From: a virus
IMG/VR virus record: IMGVR_UViG_3300027996_000011
Location: 31,728-95,727 of that record
Length of the DNA: 64,000 bases
Strand: one strand, 5' to 3'
Part shown: positions 59,639 to 64,000 of the stretch, one piece after another
How positions within the stretch are numbered: the first letter of the stretch is position 1
How the letters are laid out: each line of letters starts with the position of its first letter
The notes under the pieces: generated by a model
Database searches by the model: none
The model's input: the letters and a program-made list of their open reading frames with translations, nothing else
Told to the model about the DNA's origin: nothing
Translations under genes and position numbers: made by a program

Positions 59639-60064
59639 TTAGAATTTGTATGATAAACCTAGGTTGAAAGTTCCCTCTCTGTCCCCAGCTTCGTCTTCTT
59701 TTAATCCCATACTATAGTTTGGTTCAACATTAAGACCTTTCCAAACATTGAAAGAGTATCCAAGTCCAACCGTTAGGTTGTCCATTAAATCTTCTTGTGG
59801 TGCTTGTAAGGAAACATACAAATCATTCTTCATGTTGTATCTTGCCCATAAGTCATAAATAGTTTCACCATCTACGTCCTCACCATTTTGTATTAAACCC
59901 AAAGTCCATGTACTGTTAACAGCGTAACCAAAACCAAAGTTTTGAGTTAACATGTCCATAGTTTCTTCTTGGTCACCGTCATAAGTAGACACAACCATAA
60001 AGTTTTGAGCTGAAGCAAATAATGTTGATAGTGCTATAGCGGATGTTAAAAATAATTTTTTCAT
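59639..60064 (-). CDS. Small outer-membrane beta-barrel protein (Bacteroidota type)
   Basis: Signal peptide MKKLFLTSAIALSTLFASA-Q, alternating strands (FGFGYAV, VGLGYSF, VEPNY), C-terminal LGLSYKF beta-signal. Confidence 0.85.
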   Translation of the reverse strand: MKKLFLTSAIALSTLFASAQNFMVVSTYDGDQEETMDMLTQNFGFGYAVNSTWTLGLIQNGEDVDGETIYDLWARYNMKNDLYVSLQAPQEDLMDNLTVGLGYSFNVWKGLNVEPNYSMGLKEDEAGDREGTFNLGLSYKF

Positions 60065-60147
60065 TTTATAATTTTCTTTTAACTTTTATACTTTCTAGTT
60101 ATTTTTTACGAGATGTTGGAAAGTCTTCATCTCCTATTTTCACCTAT

Positions 60148-60375
60148 TTACTTTTTAGTAGTGAAAAATGATGCTAACAACACTAATACTACTAGACCAA
60201 CAAAACCTCCATTTCCTAGAGAGTTGATAAGAGCAGTAAGGTTACCTACCACATCCATGTTAAAAATAGCACCGCCTGATAATACGAACCAAAGAATTGA
60301 TACTGGGATTACTGCCATTAAAATTGACCCTAATCCACCAAAAAATCCTGTGATGTATTTAATTACTGAATCCAT
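60148..60375 (-). CDS. Small hydrophobic inner-membrane protein
   Basis: 75 aa, two TM segments, Gly-rich, upstream of the barrel gene. Confidence 0.75.
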   Translation of the reverse strand: MDSVIKYITGFFGGLGSILMAVIPVSILWFVLSGGAIFNMDVVGNLTALINSLGNGGFVGLVVLVLLASFFTTKK

Positions 60376-60625
60376 ATTTTTTATTTTTTTTTTCAGTTTA
60401 TATCTCTTTAGTTCCGGTAACTTAAGAGATGACTTCTTTCTTTTGGATACCCATTTTTAGGAAGTCTTGTTAATATGTACGATTAAATAATGAAAAGTCA
60501 ATATTTTTAAGAAAATAGGTGTTTTAAGTATAAAACATGGTATAAATTTATGGGTTAGGTGTGGTATTTACGACAAAACTACCTTGATTCTAAGCCAAAT
60601 TTGTATTATTTTTATAAAAAATGTT

Positions 60626-61606
60626 ATGGGATTAAAGAAAATAAAACTACAAAATAAAGAATATGATGTGTCAATTTTAGATTTACTAAGATTATTAGAC
60701 CCATCTAAAACAGGTAAATTTATGTCGATTTTACTTAATGAACTTAAAAATATTCCAGCGTATGAATATGGTGATGACACCCAAAATCTAAATTTAAATG
60801 TAGATTCCTTACCTGGAGTTAATAAAGTAATTCTTAATTACTTAGTTGAGTTAGTTGGTGGTGTTGAGGTTATTGAGTCTTTGAATAAGTTTAATGACTT
60901 TCTAGATAGAAAGTTAATTTCTAAAAATGATGTACAACAATATTTGGATTTATCTGAAATTGTTGATGTAACTTACAAGAAAGAGTTAGAGTTAAAAAAC
61001 TTCCCTACAACACCGCATACTCAAATAGTTAAAGATGGTGATTACCTTATTTTAAAACCATTAAACATTATATCTAGTAGAAAATATGGGTCCTTAACTA
61101 AGTGGTGTACTTCTAGTAATAACCCAGAAACTTTTTACAGTTATTCTAAAAAAGGTATATTACTTTATGTTATTCCTAGGTCTAGTAAAGATAAGTGGGC
61201 GGTCTATTATGAACTTAGTAGTAAAGAATTGTCTTGGTGGGATAGTAAAGATAATAGGGTAGATGGTTTAATGGTTAACATACCTAAAACCGTGAAAAAC
61301 CACATTTTAGAGTGTGTTTTAAACGAAAAAAACCCTAATAGTTATTACTTTAATGAAGAAACTAAAAAATTAACTAATAAACCAACAAATGAAATGGTTA
61401 TAGTAGATGGTGAGGGTGATAATCAAGAAGTTGTGGTTAACCCACAACCTTTTACAGGTGTTTGGAGGAGAGACGTTAATGGCCAATCTTGGGGTTCAAC
61501 TACCACACTTAATAATCATGATAGGATTGATGAGTTAATAAACAAGACCTTACAGTACCATTACACTATAAATGCTTTAAATAAGGGTGGGGAAGAAATT
61601 AGTTAG
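60626..61606 (+). CDS. Hypothetical protein with KYG..TKWC motif (PcfJ-like module)
   Basis: ILKPL...SRKYGSLTKWCTS...F..Y...G.L.Y; start ATG60626. Confidence 0.55.
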   Translation: MGLKKIKLQNKEYDVSILDLLRLLDPSKTGKFMSILLNELKNIPAYEYGDDTQNLNLNVDSLPGVNKVILNYLVELVGGVEVIESLNKFNDFLDRKLISKNDVQQYLDLSEIVDVTYKKELELKNFPTTPHTQIVKDGDYLILKPLNIISSRKYGSLTKWCTSSNNPETFYSYSKKGILLYVIPRSSKDKWAVYYELSSKELSWWDSKDNRVDGLMVNIPKTVKNHILECVLNEKNPNSYYFNEETKKLTNKPTNEMVIVDGEGDNQEVVVNPQPFTGVWRRDVNGQSWGSTTTLNNHDRIDELINKTLQYHYTINALNKGGEEIS

Positions 61607-61913
61607 TGTAGTACTTTAATTTTTCTGAATAAACTGATTCTGGTTGTACACCTTGTAATGTTTCTTGTACTTCACCGTTTTTAAATATTTTTACACTAGG
61701 AATACCTCTAATACCAAATCTTTGAGCTATTTCTTTTTGTACGTCCACATTTACTTTAAATACGTTTTTTGGGTAGGTTTCTGACAGTTTACTTATTGTT
61801 GGTGTCAACATTCTACATGGCCCACACCAAGGAGCCCAAAAATCTATAAGGACAGCTTTCCTTTCCTTATCGTTAATAATTGTGTCAAACTCTTTTGTTG
61901 TTGTAATATCCAT
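61599..61913 (-). CDS. trxA: Thioredoxin
   Basis: DFWAPWCGPC, KVNVD, IRGIP. Confidence 0.97.
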   Translation of the reverse strand: MDITTTKEFDTIINDKERKAVLIDFWAPWCGPCRMLTPTISKLSETYPKNVFKVNVDVQKEIAQRFGIRGIPSVKIFKNGEVQETLQGVQPESVYSEKLKYYTN

Positions 61914-61967
61914 AGTTAATTTTTTATAATAGTAAGAATAGTTTATTCCATAATAAATAGACTTTTA

Positions 61968-61999
61968 GTTGTGTAAGTCCTTTTTTTTGTTTATCTTTG
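61968..61999 (+). promoter_or_regulatory. Bacteroidota housekeeping-sigma promoter
   Basis: GTTG, N20, TATCTTTG (61992-99). Confidence 0.6.
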
Positions 62000-62095
62000 T
62001 AGTACAAACAAAGGACATAATGTAACCACCAAGATAAATTTTACGTATACTATAATATAACAACCAAGTCTCTAACCAATTAAAATAAAAATAAA

Positions 62096-62605
62096 ATGAA
62101 AAACCTACTCCTAACACTTCTAAGTATCTTAACTCTAACAGTTTATGGTCAAGATTTTACTACTTGTACAAAATTAGATTCTTTAATCTGGGAAAAAGTT
62201 AACGAGTATAGAACAACAGAAGATGCAATAACTAAAGGTTATGGTACACCAAATACTATAACTAAGTTTGGTTTAGGTGATATGAGAGAATATTGTTATG
62301 ACGTAACAAAGATGAACGCTAAACTTTCATTCGAGACAATGAGACACTCAACTTACGAAGAACTTACACCTACAGCTAATGGTGAGTGTTTATATAAGTT
62401 AGTAAGAAATAAATGTATATTGGACTTATCAGATGATGAAACTTTGGAGTATTTAGCTTCTAAGGTAGTTAATGGTTGGATTAATTCCTGGACTCACCGT
62501 ACAGTTATTGGTTGGTTGGATAGAGTTGAGTCTACTGTAACTACGGTATTTCATTTCCCTACTGAGGGAGGTACTCATATGAATGTTACATTTCATGCAA
62601 AATAA
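62096..62605 (+). CDS. Exported CAP/SCP-like protein
   Basis: Signal peptide ending VYG-Q; KVNEYR, MRHS, GE, VNGWINSWTHR CAP motifs. Confidence 0.7.
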   Translation: MKNLLLTLLSILTLTVYGQDFTTCTKLDSLIWEKVNEYRTTEDAITKGYGTPNTITKFGLGDMREYCYDVTKMNAKLSFETMRHSTYEELTPTANGECLYKLVRNKCILDLSDDETLEYLASKVVNGWINSWTHRTVIGWLDRVESTVTTVFHFPTEGGTHMNVTFHAK

Positions 62606-62627
62606 AAAAGACCCGAAAGGGTCTTTT
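62604..62627. terminator. Bidirectional intrinsic terminator
   Basis: A6-GACCC-GAAA-GGGTC-T4. Confidence 0.88.
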
Positions 62628-62652
62628 ATTATTTTATTAAAAATGATTTTTA

Positions 62653-63846
62653 CTATTGTAATCCAATAACATAACTAAATATGTTTGATTTTCCTGATTT
62701 AACCACCTTATCACCTTCTATAGAAGTTTTAATAATAATAGTTTTAATCTTATCTTTTTTATCTACATTTAACATTAAATCTATAAATTGGTCTGACTGA
62801 TTTTGACCTTCAACTTTCCAGTTTACAACATAATTATCAAATCCTGGATGTCCTTTAGCTTTTAATCCTTTGTTAACAGCCATCATAAAGTTATTACCTC
62901 TATCAAAAGCTAATTTTTGGTTTTTACCTTCATTACCTTCAGCGTATCCAGTATCACCTTTACCATCACTGTTAGGTAATTTTTCTGACCCCCAGTTAGC
63001 ACTTGCACCAGCTTGTAATGTAAACACGTCTATATCAACTTCCGGTGGGAACATTTGGGAAATCTCATTAACAGCTTTAGTTACAAGTTTAGAATCTGGT
63101 GTAGAATCTCCCGCTCTATAATCTGTGTCATATTTTCCAGTTGCCTCATACCCTTTTTCTACAACATCTTCAGTACCTGTTTCTGCTGTTTGTTTCATAC
63201 CTTTTGTTAAAGAGTAGATTACTAATAACCCACCTGGGTCATTAGGTCCTTGCATAAAGTTTAAGAACCCACCATCATCCATAGTCTCTACATCATATAT
63301 TTCACGGTCATTTGCATATGCTGTCATATTAAAACCATTTAAGTACGTTACTAATGTACTAGGTGGTGTACTATTATTCATCGCTCTCCTACCGTCAGTC
63401 TTAACCTGACTTTGCATTACATTACCATGTGTTGCTATTGCACCACCCTTAAGATTAACTGGTAATGTTTTTTGGTCAACAAAAAGTGATTGTCCTTGCT
63501 CTTTAATAGCTCTTAAGAATGCTTTAGCACCCGTCTTTATATTACCACCACCCATATGTTGTACTATAGCTGATATAATATTTTCCGGTATTAACTTTCT
63601 ACCTTTACTACCACCTATTGTAACCGGGAATGTCACAAATCTAGCTGACTGCATTAATGTTTGTAGTTCATTGTATCCTGGTATTGCCTTAAGACCTCTA
63701 ATGCCTTTTTTTCTTAAATACTTATCGATTTTCTCTCCAGCATCTTTAACCATACCTTCTGATTTTATTTCGTAAGCTTCACTGATTAAATCTAAACCCA
63801 TTATTTCACGGTTTCTGTTTATTTCAACTAATATATTCTTTTCCAT
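62653..63846 (-). CDS. Late protein with leader type B and possible OmpA-C-like domain
   Basis: ILVEINRNREIMGLDLISE-A; LQAGAS...NQKLAFDRGNN resembles N..LS..RA. Confidence 0.6.
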   Translation of the reverse strand: MEKNILVEINRNREIMGLDLISEAYEIKSEGMVKDAGEKIDKYLRKKGIRGLKAIPGYNELQTLMQSARFVTFPVTIGGSKGRKLIPENIISAIVQHMGGGNIKTGAKAFLRAIKEQGQSLFVDQKTLPVNLKGGAIATHGNVMQSQVKTDGRRAMNNSTPPSTLVTYLNGFNMTAYANDREIYDVETMDDGGFLNFMQGPNDPGGLLVIYSLTKGMKQTAETGTEDVVEKGYEATGKYDTDYRAGDSTPDSKLVTKAVNEISQMFPPEVDIDVFTLQAGASANWGSEKLPNSDGKGDTGYAEGNEGKNQKLAFDRGNNFMMAVNKGLKAKGHPGFDNYVVNWKVEGQNQSDQFIDLMLNVDKKDKIKTIIIKTSIEGDKVVKSGKSNIFSYVIGLQ

Positions 63847-63892
63847 AATTCTTTTTTATTTTATTTATAAATACTTAACAATAGTTAAATAT

Positions 63893-64000
63893 CTAATTCC
63901 ACATAACTGATATGTGTTTATCGTTTAAATCTATTTGTAGAGCTGTTGGTAGTATGGTGTGATACCTCATGTCTTCTTTTTCGTCTTCGTAGTGCCACTT
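63893..64000 (-). CDS. 3' end of a gene entering from beyond the window
   Basis: Open frame KWHYEDEKEDMRYHTILP...VMWN* ending TAG at 63893. Confidence 0.55.
   Translation of the reverse strand, partial: KWHYEDEKEDMRYHTILPTALQIDLNDKHISVMWN

Noticed and set aside
60113-60460. 115-aa plus-strand ORF
   Set aside because: Antisense to the 75-aa membrane gene and spans its structured leader
1-64000. Alternative genetic code (TAG/TGA reassignment)
   Set aside because: Terminase, portal, capsid, DnaK and ClpC are full length under code 11, and TAG acts as a stop
1-64000. CRISPR array, standard tRNAs, integrase/transposase, introns or inteins
   Set aside because: No repeat-spacer array seen by eye; the only TTCGA/CCA structure found belongs to the tmRNA; core genes are uninterrupted and of normal length

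Overview
AT-rich, densely coding 64 kb segment of a large tailed dsDNA phage (T4-superfamily head genes, probably a jumbo phage) using the standard genetic code. The host is very likely Bacteroidota (Flavobacteriia-like): TTTG-N19-TAnnTTTG promoters, A-rich leaders without Shine-Dalgarno, Gln at +1 after signal peptides, a Bacteroidota-type beta-barrel and a Gly-start tmRNA tag. Layout: (1) 0-1.7 kb small genes including an unlisted CDGSH Fe-S protein, and dUTPase. (2) 1.7-21 kb glycan locus with about 10 glycosyltransferases, 3 methyltransferases, a deacetylase, an epimerase and Per/ColD/Gmm/Gmd/Fcl-ColC (GDP-perosamine and GDP-colitose/fucose routes), then PhoH, a degenerate HAD and a gp55-like late sigma factor. 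(3) 21.7-28 kb tail/baseplate-type genes ending in an unlisted 20-aa, 9-Cys metallothionein-like ORF. (4) 28-42 kb minus-strand head module (terminase, portal, protease, scaffold, major capsid) plus acidic core-like proteins. (5) 42-52 kb proteostasis genes: glutaredoxin, DnaK with a sigma54-like promoter, N-domain-less ClpC, peptidases, and a tmRNA with an unusually long tag. (6) 52-64 kb late genes for putative head-packaged or ejected proteins, an outer-membrane barrel, thioredoxin and a CAP-domain protein. Two patterns cut across the window: a sense-strand TATTTAT(A) motif before about 15 late genes, and two families of shared N-terminal leaders ending in (I/L/V)-x-E on unrelated proteins, a candidate capsid-targeting system. 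All family calls come from motif recognition by eye; no database searches were run.
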